Positions 1 to 8,971 of a stretch of 64,000 nt of DNA are shown piece after piece; the stretch's first letter is position 1, and each line of letters begins with the position of its first letter. The stretch spans positions 1,408,001-1,472,000 of the forward strand of contig CBDFLE010000006.1 of NCBI GenBank assembly GCA_965248925.1, given 5' to 3'. Source of the DNA: Candidatus Multivoradales bacterium. Its GTDB lineage: Bacteria > Acidobacteriota > Thermoanaerobaculia > Multivoradales > J023. Position numbers and translations under genes: made by a program. The notes below the pieces were generated by a model. It made no database searches. It was not told the DNA's origin and was given only the letters and a program-made list of their open reading frames with translations.

Positions 1-1105
1 AGCCGATGCCTTCGTCGTCGACGCCGCTGGCAAGACCCTGATCCCCGGCTTGGTAGACGTCCACTGGCACGGCCGCCAAGGCAGCGCCGAGATCACCCCC
101 GAACAGAATTGGCTGAACTATGCCAGCCTGGCCTTCGGTGTCACCACCGCCCACGATCCTTCGAACGACACTTCGACCTTCTTCGCCGCTGCCGAGCTGG
201 CCAAAGCCGGCATGATCACCGCCCCGCGGCTATTCTCCACCGGCACCATCCTCTACGGCGCGACAGGTGACTTCAAAGCAGAGATCAACTCCCTCGACGA
301 CGCCCGCTCACACCTGCGCCGCATGCAGGCGGCCGGCGCCTTCAGCGTCAAGAGCTACAACCAGCCACGCCGCGAGCAGCGCCAGCAAGTGATCACTGCG
401 GCGCGCGAACTCAACATGATGGTAGTGCCCGAAGGCGGCTCCCTCTTCATGCACAACATGACCATGGTGGTGGACGGCCACACCGGCATCGAGCACGCCC
501 TGCCCCTGGAGCGCCTTTACGACGACGTGGTGCAATTGTGGTCCGAGAGCGGCACCGGCTACACCCCAACCTTGGTCGTAGGTTACGGCGGCATTTGGGG
601 AGAGCGCTATTGGTATCACCACACCAAAGTGTGGGAAAACGAGCGTCTGCTGAGCTTCGTGCCACGGGAGATCATCGACGCGGCGTCTCGGCGCCGGGTG
701 ATGGCGCCAGAAGAGGAGTACAACCACATCCGCATCGCCGAAGGCTGCAAACAGCTCAGCGACGCCGGGGTTAGCATCCAACTAGGTGCCCACGGCCAAC
801 GCGAAGGCTTGGCCGCTCATTGGGAGATGTGGATGTTCGTCCAGGGCGGCATGACCCCGCACCAGGCGCTGCGCGCCGCTACCCTCAACGGCGCTCACTA
901 CCTGGGCCTCGACAACGACCTAGGTTCCATCGAACCCGGCAAGCTCGCCGACCTGGTGCTGCTAGAGAACAACCCCCTGGCCGACATTCGCAGCTCCGAA
1001 AACGTCCTCTACACTATGCTGGGCGGTCGCCTCTACGAAGCCAGCAGCATGAACCAAATCGCCCCCAACAAGGTCAAAAGAGCCCCCTTCTACTGGCAAC
1101 AATAG
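1..1105 (+). CDS. Metal-dependent amidohydrolase family protein (5' end outside the window)
   Basis: Frame is open from the window edge; PGLVDVHWH metal-binding HxH motif, GVTT motif, C-terminal LGSIEPGKLADLVLL signature. Confidence 0.85.
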   Translation, partial: ADAFVVDAAGKTLIPGLVDVHWHGRQGSAEITPEQNWLNYASLAFGVTTAHDPSNDTSTFFAAAELAKAGMITAPRLFSTGTILYGATGDFKAEINSLDDARSHLRRMQAAGAFSVKSYNQPRREQRQQVITAARELNMMVVPEGGSLFMHNMTMVVDGHTGIEHALPLERLYDDVVQLWSESGTGYTPTLVVGYGGIWGERYWYHHTKVWENERLLSFVPREIIDAASRRRVMAPEEEYNHIRIAEGCKQLSDAGVSIQLGAHGQREGLAAHWEMWMFVQGGMTPHQALRAATLNGAHYLGLDNDLGSIEPGKLADLVLLENNPLADIRSSENVLYTMLGGRLYEASSMNQIAPNKVKRAPFYWQQ

Positions 1106-1138
1106 AATCCACCCAAGCCCTCCTCTCTAAAGATGAGA

Positions 1139-1260
1139 GGCAGGCGCGGCCATGGTGGTAGGGCGCCGTGAGGTGACCGAGCACGGAGCGCAACGCAGTG
1201 AGCACCGCGCGCAGGTCGACCTCACGGACGCTGCCGACACCCATTCAGCCCGCGCCTGCC
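1139..1260. repeat. ~120-bp intergenic long hairpin (REP/MITE-like palindrome) between convergent genes
   Basis: GGCAGGCGCGG (1139-1149) is the reverse complement of CCGCGCCTGCC (1250-1260); inner CCGTGAGGT (1166-1174) pairs with ACCTCACGG (1219-1227). Confidence 0.7.
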
Positions 1261-1288
1261 GGCAACAGTGCTCACCGCCGTTGCCCCT

Positions 1289-2062
1289 TCACTCGACGGC
1301 AACTGGCTTCGGCGAGCTGAAGACCTCGTCCGGCAACTGCTCAAAGACGCGGATTTTACTCAGCGTCTGCACCGCCCCATCGCGGTGGCGAATCCGCTGC
1401 GAAGACAGCTGGATCCCACCGTGCTGCTGCCAGGATCCCCACAGCCAAACCGTCGGCTCCTTCTCCGCTTTCCAGTCTTGCAGATGGTAGGCCCACCGGT
1501 CCATCAGACCCGTCGTCGGATTGATGAAAGCCCAGTAGCGGTCCCCCGGAGTCAGACCAACGCTGTCGAAGGAAAGCTCCACCTTGTCGTAGGTCACCTC
1601 GTCCAGAGTCTCCTGGCCAGCATACTTCAGCGTCACCCCAGGATCGAGCAGCTTGTAAGGCATCAGCAGCCAATAGGTGTCATTGATCCAAGCACTGTAG
1701 GCCCGCTTCAACCACTCGGCGCGGTCGTCTCCGCTCAATTTCTCACCCTTCAGCCAGACCTCTCCCTCGCCACTGTTGACGTTGTGCAAGACAACATACT
1801 CGTCGCCGTCGCCGGTCTTGCCCTCGAGGCGATGCTGACCATTGTGGCGATCCACGTGATGCAGCCTGAACCCGAAGAACTCGAAGCGCAGAAAGCGCGT
1901 CGCCGCCAGATTCTGCTCGCCGCCCAACGCCTCGAGCAGGCCCTCGGCAAGGGCTACGGCCCGCTTGTCCGATGTCGGCTCAGCCGCCACCGCGCTCCAG
2001 CTAGCGGCGCCCAACAGAAACGCTAGAGAGAGCAGGACCCAAACTTTGGTGCATTTCAACAT
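1289..2062 (-). CDS. Exported hypothetical protein (beta-rich, possibly LolA-like fold)
   Basis: ATG at 2062 preceded by GGAGG; signal peptide ending SAVA-A; conserved-looking AWINDTYWLLMPYKLLDPGV and GLTPGDRYW segments. Confidence 0.65.
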   Translation of the reverse strand: MLKCTKVWVLLSLAFLLGAASWSAVAAEPTSDKRAVALAEGLLEALGGEQNLAATRFLRFEFFGFRLHHVDRHNGQHRLEGKTGDGDEYVVLHNVNSGEGEVWLKGEKLSGDDRAEWLKRAYSAWINDTYWLLMPYKLLDPGVTLKYAGQETLDEVTYDKVELSFDSVGLTPGDRYWAFINPTTGLMDRWAYHLQDWKAEKEPTVWLWGSWQQHGGIQLSSQRIRHRDGAVQTLSKIRVFEQLPDEVFSSPKPVAVE

Positions 2063-2312
2063 ACCTAGAAAACCTCCTCGATCCGCTCCGGCGAACGGCT
2101 CCCGACCGCGGCCAACGCGCATCGGCTCTTGGTCTTCCGCTCACCAGCAACGTGTGGTCTGAGTGATAGGGTCAAGGGTGTCTTGAGACTGGCCGACACA
2201 TCGTAATGCCAGAGCAGCCCGGCGCCAAGGGCCAGGCCAATATTGCCGCCGCCCGGCCGACTACCCTGGCCTCGACAGCGGCCAGTTCCGACCGCGCTCG
2301 GACGAGGTGAGT

Positions 2313-2789
2313 ATGAGCGACCCGCCGCCAAACCAAGATCCGCTCGACTATCAACTACTGATCCGCGAGTCACTGCGGGGGGTGGTGCGACAAGCTATCG
2401 ACATCGTCGCCCGCCACGGCCTACCCAGCGATCACTTCTTCTCGATCAGCTTTCGCACCGACGCCAACGGCGTCGAGCTGCCTCCCAATTTGCTGCAGCA
2501 GTACCCAGAGCAGATGACCATCGTCATCCAGCATCAGTATTGGGACTTGGCCGTTGTTGGCGACTGCTTCACCGTAGCGTTGAGTTTCGGCGGTAGCCAA
2601 CAGAAGCTGACGATACCCTTCGACGCCATCACCACATTTGTCGACCCCGGCGCCGAATTTGCTCTCCAACTAGCCGCCGCCAGCCCCGACCAAAATGCCG
2701 CCGCCGAAGCGCCGCTAGCCATCAAGGACATCAAGGACCAGCCCAGCAGCAGCCAAGTGGTCTCCCTTGAGGCCTATCGCCAACGCTGA
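2313..2789 (+). CDS. sspB: ClpXP protease specificity-enhancing factor SspB (alphaproteobacterial type)
   Basis: HFFSISFRT, YPEQMTIVIQHQYWDL, LSFGG, IPFDAITTFVDP motifs; C-terminal VVSLEAYRQR resembles the ClpX-binding tail. Confidence 0.8.
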   Translation: MSDPPPNQDPLDYQLLIRESLRGVVRQAIDIVARHGLPSDHFFSISFRTDANGVELPPNLLQQYPEQMTIVIQHQYWDLAVVGDCFTVALSFGGSQQKLTIPFDAITTFVDPGAEFALQLAAASPDQNAAAEAPLAIKDIKDQPSSSQVVSLEAYRQR

Positions 2790-2865
2790 GAGCCCGAGGA
2801 ATCAGTCGCGCCGCGAGCGGCATCTGATTTTCACCACGGGCTCCTAAGCTGTCGCCAGCCGGGGC

Positions 2866-4197
2866 TCATCCATCGTCCAGCGCGAAACTTTCGACAACAG
2901 ACCGCACTTGTTGATCGACCTCGCCGTCAGCGGCTCCCGATCGACGATAGAGAAAGACATAGAAAGCCACCGCAGTCTGCAAAATGTGAATACCGAGAAA
3001 ATGCCGCTGACCAGCGCCGCCCTGGCGTGAGGGAAGTTCGAACAGCAACTGCCGAGCAGGCTGATCCGCCACCCGGTAACATTGATCGAGTAGCAACTCT
3101 GAGCGGGCCGGCTCGCGCAGAACCTCGGCGATGGTGTGCAAGCGTCGGGCACTGCAAGTCACATGCGTTTCCGCCAGCTGAAAGGCAAACACCGCCGACG
3201 GCTTTGACGACGAGGTCAGCGGCTCGGCCCCCTCCGGCAGGCGTACTCGACAATGGTGACGGGGGTTGACCAGAAACTCACCGTGGCGGTGAAAACTACT
3301 GCCCAAGATCAGCTCCGAGAACTCCTCGCTACCACCAAAACTGCGCCAGCGTTCGATCCAACCGGACAACGCCCGGCGCAGAACTCGCCAAGTCGTCGCC
3401 AACCACGAGACCGGCCGCAAAGCCATCATCACCAACCGTCGGCGCCGATGCGCACGGCGCAACTCGCGCAACAACTCAGGCGGAATCTCCAACTCCGAAC
3501 TCGCCTGTTGACGCTGCCGCGCGGGCGGCTGCCAGCGGGTCAGCGGATGCTGATGGAGGTCAACCTCGACAGTGGTCGCGAAATCGCGGCGAACGAACAA
3601 CAGCCGACGGGTCTGCCAACCCTCGAGGAGGTCGGCGACGCCACACTCCAGGGCATCGAAACTCGCGGCCGCTGGCTCAGCCTCGATCACCCGGCAGAAC
3701 TCGCGGCAGACATCATCCGGATACGTCCGGCGGCGACCCTCCAGGCGCCGCAACTCCGCTGCTAGCTGCGGACGACCCAGAGTCTGCGCCACTTGCTCTG
3801 CCCGTGCCAACGGCCGCCGTTCAGCCGCCAAAGTCTGATCTGGAAACGTCGTGTGAACCCGTGGATCCGAATTGAAAGAGCCAGCGAACTCGCGATCGAC
3901 AAAGAGGTCATAACCCCAGACCTCGCTATCGTAGACCCAGACATAGACCAGCGGCACGCCCAAATCGCCCAACTCGTGGATCAGCCGCCACTCCTCATCG
4001 TAGTGGCTAAAGAAAACCAACACCCAGCGCTCACTTGAGACCAAGAAAGCACTGCGCTCGTGATCACCGTCGAGGTCGAACAGATCCGGCCGCTCACTAG
4101 GCTCGAAACCACGCGCGCCAAGCCACCGCTCAAGCGAACGCTCGACCTCTTCGCGGCTGGAATCCAGCGCGCAAATGCTGTTGTAGAAAGCCCCCAT
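2866..4197 (-). CDS. Hypothetical protein, 443 aa
   Basis: Long ORF with globular-looking composition; no family motif recognised. Confidence 0.6.
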   Translation of the reverse strand: MGAFYNSICALDSSREEVERSLERWLGARGFEPSERPDLFDLDGDHERSAFLVSSERWVLVFFSHYDEEWRLIHELGDLGVPLVYVWVYDSEVWGYDLFVDREFAGSFNSDPRVHTTFPDQTLAAERRPLARAEQVAQTLGRPQLAAELRRLEGRRRTYPDDVCREFCRVIEAEPAAASFDALECGVADLLEGWQTRRLLFVRRDFATTVEVDLHQHPLTRWQPPARQRQQASSELEIPPELLRELRRAHRRRRLVMMALRPVSWLATTWRVLRRALSGWIERWRSFGGSEEFSELILGSSFHRHGEFLVNPRHHCRVRLPEGAEPLTSSSKPSAVFAFQLAETHVTCSARRLHTIAEVLREPARSELLLDQCYRVADQPARQLLFELPSRQGGAGQRHFLGIHILQTAVAFYVFLYRRSGAADGEVDQQVRSVVESFALDDG

Positions 4198-4320
4198 TTC
4201 AAGCCGCTGCCGACGCTTATGGCTTCCAGTGCCTAGGCAATGGAAGTCCGCACCGCGACCGTTTACTCTGCTAACTGGAGCATTCTACTGCCTTCGGCGG
4301 GGCAGCGGATGCCCAGCATT

Positions 4321-4845
4321 TTAGTCAGCGGCGTCGGTCTTGGCAGCAAAGCGTTGGTTGAAGAGGGCTGGGCCAGTAGCTGGAAGAATCTCGATGAATG
4401 GGTGCTCTGTCGCCGTGTGACAGCGGTTGCAGCCAGCGATCAGAGACCTGTAGCTGGCTTCAGTCTGCGGCCAAGAGGCCTCGGGCATTCGTTCCTGCAA
4501 ATCAACCAACAGAGGTCGCATGATTACCGCCGCCGGGTCGCCGATCGGCATTCCGTCGTGCTCCTTGAGGACGAAAACTTCTCCGAAGACCTCCTCCAAC
4601 TCATGCAGATAGAACTGGGATAGCGGCAAATTGCGACCCTCGATCGAGTAACCCAGCTTGGCGCAATGCCGCTGCGCCTCGCCCATCAACCGGGCCAACT
4701 CGACCTCTTCCTCGACCTCCGGCCCGCTGGCAACAAGAGCACTCGGGCTCAGTTGCGAAGCTCTGGATACGCCGCATCCAGAAAGCAACACCGAGCCGCA
4801 AGCGGCCCAACAGACAAAGATCACCACATTCGTGCTTCGCAACAT
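4321..4845 (-). CDS. Putative lipoprotein monohaem c-type cytochrome (helical, cytochrome c'-like layout); start uncertain (4845-4878)
   Basis: Lipobox LLSGC; single C-terminal CxxCH (CNRCH) after predicted helices. Confidence 0.65.
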   Translation of the reverse strand: MLRSTNVVIFVCWAACGSVLLSGCGVSRASQLSPSALVASGPEVEEEVELARLMGEAQRHCAKLGYSIEGRNLPLSQFYLHELEEVFGEVFVLKEHDGMPIGDPAAVIMRPLLVDLQERMPEASWPQTEASYRSLIAGCNRCHTATEHPFIEILPATGPALFNQRFAAKTDAAD

Positions 4846-4955
4846 GGTCAAGCTCCTGAACATTCGGTGGACCCGCACCGAGTAGAAAGACGTTGGCGTA
4901 GCCTCAGCCAGCCGGTGCTGAGGATGAACTGGGGCAGGAGAACGTTTAAATTCTT

Positions 4956-4976
4956 TAATGAGAACAATTCTCGTTA
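4956..4976. promoter_or_regulatory. Fur-family operator (Fur-box-like inverted repeat)
   Basis: TAATGAGAA-CAA-TTCTCGTTA, a 9-3-9 inverted repeat with one mismatch, in an AT-rich patch between the divergent cytochrome and fur genes. Confidence 0.65.
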
Positions 4977-5147
4977 GCTGGTAGTTGATTCTGGACCGCC
5001 TCCGTCTAGTTTGTCAACACCTCTTCACCTGGCAGGCCCGGTACAGCTTGCAGCAGGGTGCAACAGAACTCCCGGCCGAGAAAAAGGAGACCGGATAGGT
5101 TAGAATGGACTTCTGTCCAGGTTGGGGGGACCGATGGGAGACAGCAG

Positions 5148-5615
5148 ATGGCCAAGTTCCCGGAACTGGACCAATTTCTCGAAGCGCTGAGAGAGCACGG
5201 ACATCGAGTCACTTCGGAGCGGCTGCGGCTGTTTCGCGAAGTCTATGCTCAGCACGGTCACATCGACGCCGAAAACTTGCTCAAGTCGATGAAGAGCCAG
5301 GGACTGAAAATCTCACGCGCCACCCTTTACCGCAACCTCGATCTCCTGGCGCGGTTCGGCTTCGTCGAAAAGCGCCGCTTGGGCGGCAACCGCTTCCTTT
5401 ACGAGCATGTCCACGCCGGCCAGCGCCACGACCACCTGGTGTGCGATAGCTGCGGCAAGGTAGCCGAGTTCGTCAGCCTGGGGATCGGTGCACTGCAGCG
5501 CGAGATTTGTCGCGCTCACGGTTACGACCCAGACCAGCACACGCTACAGATCCACAGTCAATGCACGGATTGCGCGGCGGTCCGGCGAAACGGCGAATCC
5601 CCTACCAGTCGCTAA
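5148..5615 (+). CDS. fur: Fur-family transcriptional regulator (Fur/Zur/PerR)
   Basis: RVTSERL, HIDAE, ISRATLYRNL, HDHLVCDSCG and C-terminal CTDC motifs; GGGAG before ATG 5148. Confidence 0.9.
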   Translation: MAKFPELDQFLEALREHGHRVTSERLRLFREVYAQHGHIDAENLLKSMKSQGLKISRATLYRNLDLLARFGFVEKRRLGGNRFLYEHVHAGQRHDHLVCDSCGKVAEFVSLGIGALQREICRAHGYDPDQHTLQIHSQCTDCAAVRRNGESPTSR

Positions 5616-5635
5616 CGACAATCACCGGCGGTGGC

Positions 5636-5756
5636 GGGGGGGGGGGGGGGGGAACCATGGTGGAATGAGATCGCGGTGCACAGACTACAATGCACCGGCG
5701 GCAGGCGCTGGCGGTGCACAGACTACAATGCACCGGCGGCAAGCGCCGGCGGTGCA
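5636..5756. repeat. G17 homopolymer followed by a 38-bp tandem palindromic repeat (two full units plus a partial unit)
   Basis: G run 5636-5652; GCGGTGCACAGACTACAATGCACCGGCGGCA starts at 5673 and 5711, partial third unit at 5749; each unit holds a GGTGCA/TGCACC hairpin. Confidence 0.8.
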
Positions 5757-5766
5757 ATGCCGACCG

Positions 5767-7617
5767 CTACCAGCCGCAGGTACGGCCTTCGTTCTGCTCG
5801 TCGAGCCAGGTGTGCAGCGGCGCGAAATAGTCGAGGATCGCCGAAGCATCCATCTCCCGACTGCCTGCGAGCGCCTCCAGAGCATCCGGCCACGGTTGGC
5901 TCATGCCCATGGCGAGCATCTCCTGCATCGCCTGACCGGCAGCCTCGTTGCCGTAGATCGAGCAGCGGTGCAAGGGTCCTTCGTAACCCGCCTTCTCGCA
6001 CAGGGCGCGCTGGAATTGGAACTGCAGAATGTGGGCCAAGAAATAGCGGGTGTAGGGCACATTCGCCGGCACATGGTACTTGGCGCCGGGATCGAAGTCG
6101 GCCTCACTACGTTCAACCGGCGCCTCAACCCCCTGGTATTTACGACGCAGCTCCCACCAGCCGGCGTTGTAGTCTTGCTCGCTAATCTCGCCTGAGAAAA
6201 CCTGCCAGCGCCACTGATCGACCAACAGACCGAACGGCAGGAAGGCGACCTTGTCGAGCGCCATCTTGAGCAGCAGGCCAAGATCTGCCGAGGGGTCGGG
6301 CTCTGCGTCGAGCAAACCCACGTCGACCAGATACTTGGGGGTGATCGACAGAGCCACCGTGTCACCCACCGCCTCGTGAAAACCGTCGTTAGCACTGTCG
6401 CGGTAGAGGGGATCGAGGTGCGCGTAGGCGCGCTGGTAGAAATTATGCCCGAGCTCGTGGTGGATGGTATTGAAGTCTTCGGCGGTGATCTGAATGCACA
6501 TCTTGATCCGCAGATCCTGCTCGTAGTCGAGATCCCAAGCACTGGCGTGGCAGACCACATCGCGATCTTTGGGCTGGATGAAAAGGGAGCGCTCCCAGAA
6601 AGTCTCGGGCAGCGGCTCGAAGCCCAGCGAGGTGAAGAAGCGCTCGCCGTAGCGCACCATCTCCAACTCGTCGACCCCTTTCTGTGCCAGCAACTCGCTG
6701 AGATCGTAAGCCGGACTCCCCCCCGGCGGTGCCACCAAGTCATAGATATTGGCCCACTGTTGAGCCCACATATTGCCCAGTAGGTGGGCAGGAATCGGCG
6801 CCGTGGGATCGACGACGTCAGAGCCGTAGGTTTCCGCCAGGCGGGCCCGCACATGGCAGTGCAAGGCTTCGTACAGAGGCCGGACCTGCTCCCAAAGCCG
6901 ATCGACCTCGAGGGCGAAATCGTCCGCATCCATGTCGTACTTTGAGCGCCACATAGCACCAAGGTCGGCAAAACCAAGCTCCTGAGCCCCCTTATTGCCC
7001 AGCTCGACATAGCGGTTGAAGGTCTCGCGCATCGGCACCGACACCTGGCGCCAACCCTGCCACAGCTCGAGCAGGCGATCCGCCTCGCGACTCTCGGCCA
7101 AAACCGGAGTCATCGCCGGCAGATCGAGGCAGTCGCCAGCATCGTCACAATACTCGCCGCGGCCGTAGATGCTCTCCATGGCGGCTTTCAGCTGCGGCAA
7201 CTCCTGGGTCTCTGCCGGATTGGCCGGGGCCGGCAACGTGAGATTTAGCTTGACCAACTGCAACCGGCGGCGCAGCTCCGCCGGCAACTCGGCAGCGTCG
7301 AAACGGGTCGCTTGCGCAGCCAGGTCAATGGTCAGGCCGATCGCCGCGGCATTGGCCTCGGCGGTGCGCTGCTCGTTCTCGTCAGTGATGTCGGTGGCGT
7401 GCGCCCAGTCCGCGGTGCCTTCGGTAATCCAGGCATCGAGCAACTGCGTTTCGGCCTGCTGCAAGAATGCGACGGCCTCCTCGGCGGTCGGTACCTTGGC
7501 GGATTCTTCGCCTGAGCCACAAGCGGCGCCCAGCCCGGCCAGCATCGCCAGGGTCAGCACCTGGAGGGTCGAGAGCAATGCCCGGCGGCGATTCAGAGGG
7601 TCGAGAAACATCTTCAA
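5767..7617 (-). CDS. Peptidyl-dipeptidase A (M2 family, ACE-like), probable lipoprotein
   Basis: HHELGH zinc motif, GFHEAVGD, HLLGNMWAQ, CHASAWD, FDPGAKYHV; lipobox-like GAAC. Confidence 0.92.
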   Translation of the reverse strand: MKMFLDPLNRRRALLSTLQVLTLAMLAGLGAACGSGEESAKVPTAEEAVAFLQQAETQLLDAWITEGTADWAHATDITDENEQRTAEANAAAIGLTIDLAAQATRFDAAELPAELRRRLQLVKLNLTLPAPANPAETQELPQLKAAMESIYGRGEYCDDAGDCLDLPAMTPVLAESREADRLLELWQGWRQVSVPMRETFNRYVELGNKGAQELGFADLGAMWRSKYDMDADDFALEVDRLWEQVRPLYEALHCHVRARLAETYGSDVVDPTAPIPAHLLGNMWAQQWANIYDLVAPPGGSPAYDLSELLAQKGVDELEMVRYGERFFTSLGFEPLPETFWERSLFIQPKDRDVVCHASAWDLDYEQDLRIKMCIQITAEDFNTIHHELGHNFYQRAYAHLDPLYRDSANDGFHEAVGDTVALSITPKYLVDVGLLDAEPDPSADLGLLLKMALDKVAFLPFGLLVDQWRWQVFSGEISEQDYNAGWWELRRKYQGVEAPVERSEADFDPGAKYHVPANVPYTRYFLAHILQFQFQRALCEKAGYEGPLHRCSIYGNEAAGQAMQEMLAMGMSQPWPDALEALAGSREMDASAILDYFAPLHTWLDEQNEGRTCGW

Positions 7618-7639
7618 TATCTCCTTGAATTCGGTGTTG

Positions 7640-8839
7640 CTACTCAGCCAAAGCGGCTGCTAGGCCCGCGAGCCCCTCCTCGAGCACTTCTGGCGCCGCG
7701 CCGTAGGCAATTCGCAAGTGATGATCTTCGGCGAAAGCCACGCCCGGCACCAATGCCACCCCAGCCCGCAGCAGAATCCGGTCGGCAAGTTCGAGCGAAC
7801 CGGCAAAACCACGGGTGGCGGACACCTGTGGGAAAACATAAAAGGCTCCCGGCGGCACCGAACAGACTACACCAGGCAAGCGACGGAGGTGATCCAGCAC
7901 CAAGTCTCGACGCCGCTCGAGCTCTGCCCGGCGGCTTTCGATCTCCTTCCCGGCACCCACCAGCGCCGCCAGCGCGCCGTGCATGGCGAAACTGGTCGGA
8001 TGAGTGTTCATATGCCCTTGAATCGCGATCAGCTTGGCAATCAGTGGCGCGGCGCCAAGCACGTAGCCCACCCGCCAGCCGGTCATCGCAAAAGTCTTCG
8101 AGAACGAGCCCACCACCACCACGGTGTTGGGATAGTCGCTGGCGAAAGCAGCGGCGCTCTTCGGCCTACGGTGATCGTAGACGAAGCGCTCATAGGTCTC
8201 GTCAACGATCAATACCACCCCGCGTTCGGCACAGCCGGCTGCCAAGCGGCTGAGTTCCTCATCTTCGCAGACCGCGCCGGTGGGATTGCAGGGCGAGCAG
8301 ATGATCACCGCCCGAGTAGCCTCGGTGATGGCCGCTATTAGCGGCGCCGCGCGCAAGGCGAATCCATCTTCCGCCACCCTCGGCACCGCCACCGGTCGAC
8401 CGCTGGCGAAACGCACTTGAGCCCTGAAGGTAACCCAATCAGGGGCCGCCAAGACCACCTCACTAGCGGTGTCCACCAAGGCTTGAGCAAGCATGAAGAG
8501 CGCCGATTTGGCACCGACGGTGATCAAACAGCTGTCGCCTTGCCACGGTGCCCGCCAAAGCCTGCGGTAGCGTTCGGCCAGAGCTTCGCGCAGCGCTGGC
8601 AATCCGGCACTCTCGGAATAGCGGGTGTAGCCGTCCGCCAAAGCCCGTCGCACCGCTTCTAGCGCACACTCAGGCGACTGAAAGTCCGGTTCGCCGGCGC
8701 CAAGATCCACTACCCGGCGCCCTTTTGCTCGCAGCTGAGCTACGCGCGCCGCCACTTGCATGGTGGCGGAGGCACCTAGTTCTTCGGCCCGCTTGGAAAG
8801 ACGCATGGCTGCGGATGGTATCATTGCTGCTGGCGACAT
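7640..8839 (-). CDS. PLP-dependent aminotransferase class I/II (aspartate aminotransferase-like)
   Basis: GEPDF, SPCNPTG, DETY, SFSKTFAMTGWRVGY with the PLP lysine. Confidence 0.9.
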   Translation of the reverse strand: MSPAAMIPSAAMRLSKRAEELGASATMQVAARVAQLRAKGRRVVDLGAGEPDFQSPECALEAVRRALADGYTRYSESAGLPALREALAERYRRLWRAPWQGDSCLITVGAKSALFMLAQALVDTASEVVLAAPDWVTFRAQVRFASGRPVAVPRVAEDGFALRAAPLIAAITEATRAVIICSPCNPTGAVCEDEELSRLAAGCAERGVVLIVDETYERFVYDHRRPKSAAAFASDYPNTVVVVGSFSKTFAMTGWRVGYVLGAAPLIAKLIAIQGHMNTHPTSFAMHGALAALVGAGKEIESRRAELERRRDLVLDHLRRLPGVVCSVPPGAFYVFPQVSATRGFAGSLELADRILLRAGVALVPGVAFAEDHHLRIAYGAAPEVLEEGLAGLAAALAE

Positions 8840-8971
8840 CGGCCTGGGTGAGGACCCGACGCGGCAACGGCCCGGATCTTGCTTCTATTTGCCACTGCTA
8901 CCGCTGGTCATGCCCACGCTGCTACTGCCTTTGCCGGCAACACCTCAGAGTCACCGAACCGGAGTCATCCC

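Noticed and set aside
2065-2306. Possible tmRNA next to sspB
   Set aside because: No tRNA-like ends, T-arm or tag reading frame recognisable
5673-5756. Possible mini CRISPR array
   Set aside because: Units are adjacent near-identical tandem copies without unique spacers, and there are no cas genes
5767-7617. Bacterial ACE homologue as a novelty
   Set aside because: M2 peptidases are already known in diverse bacteria
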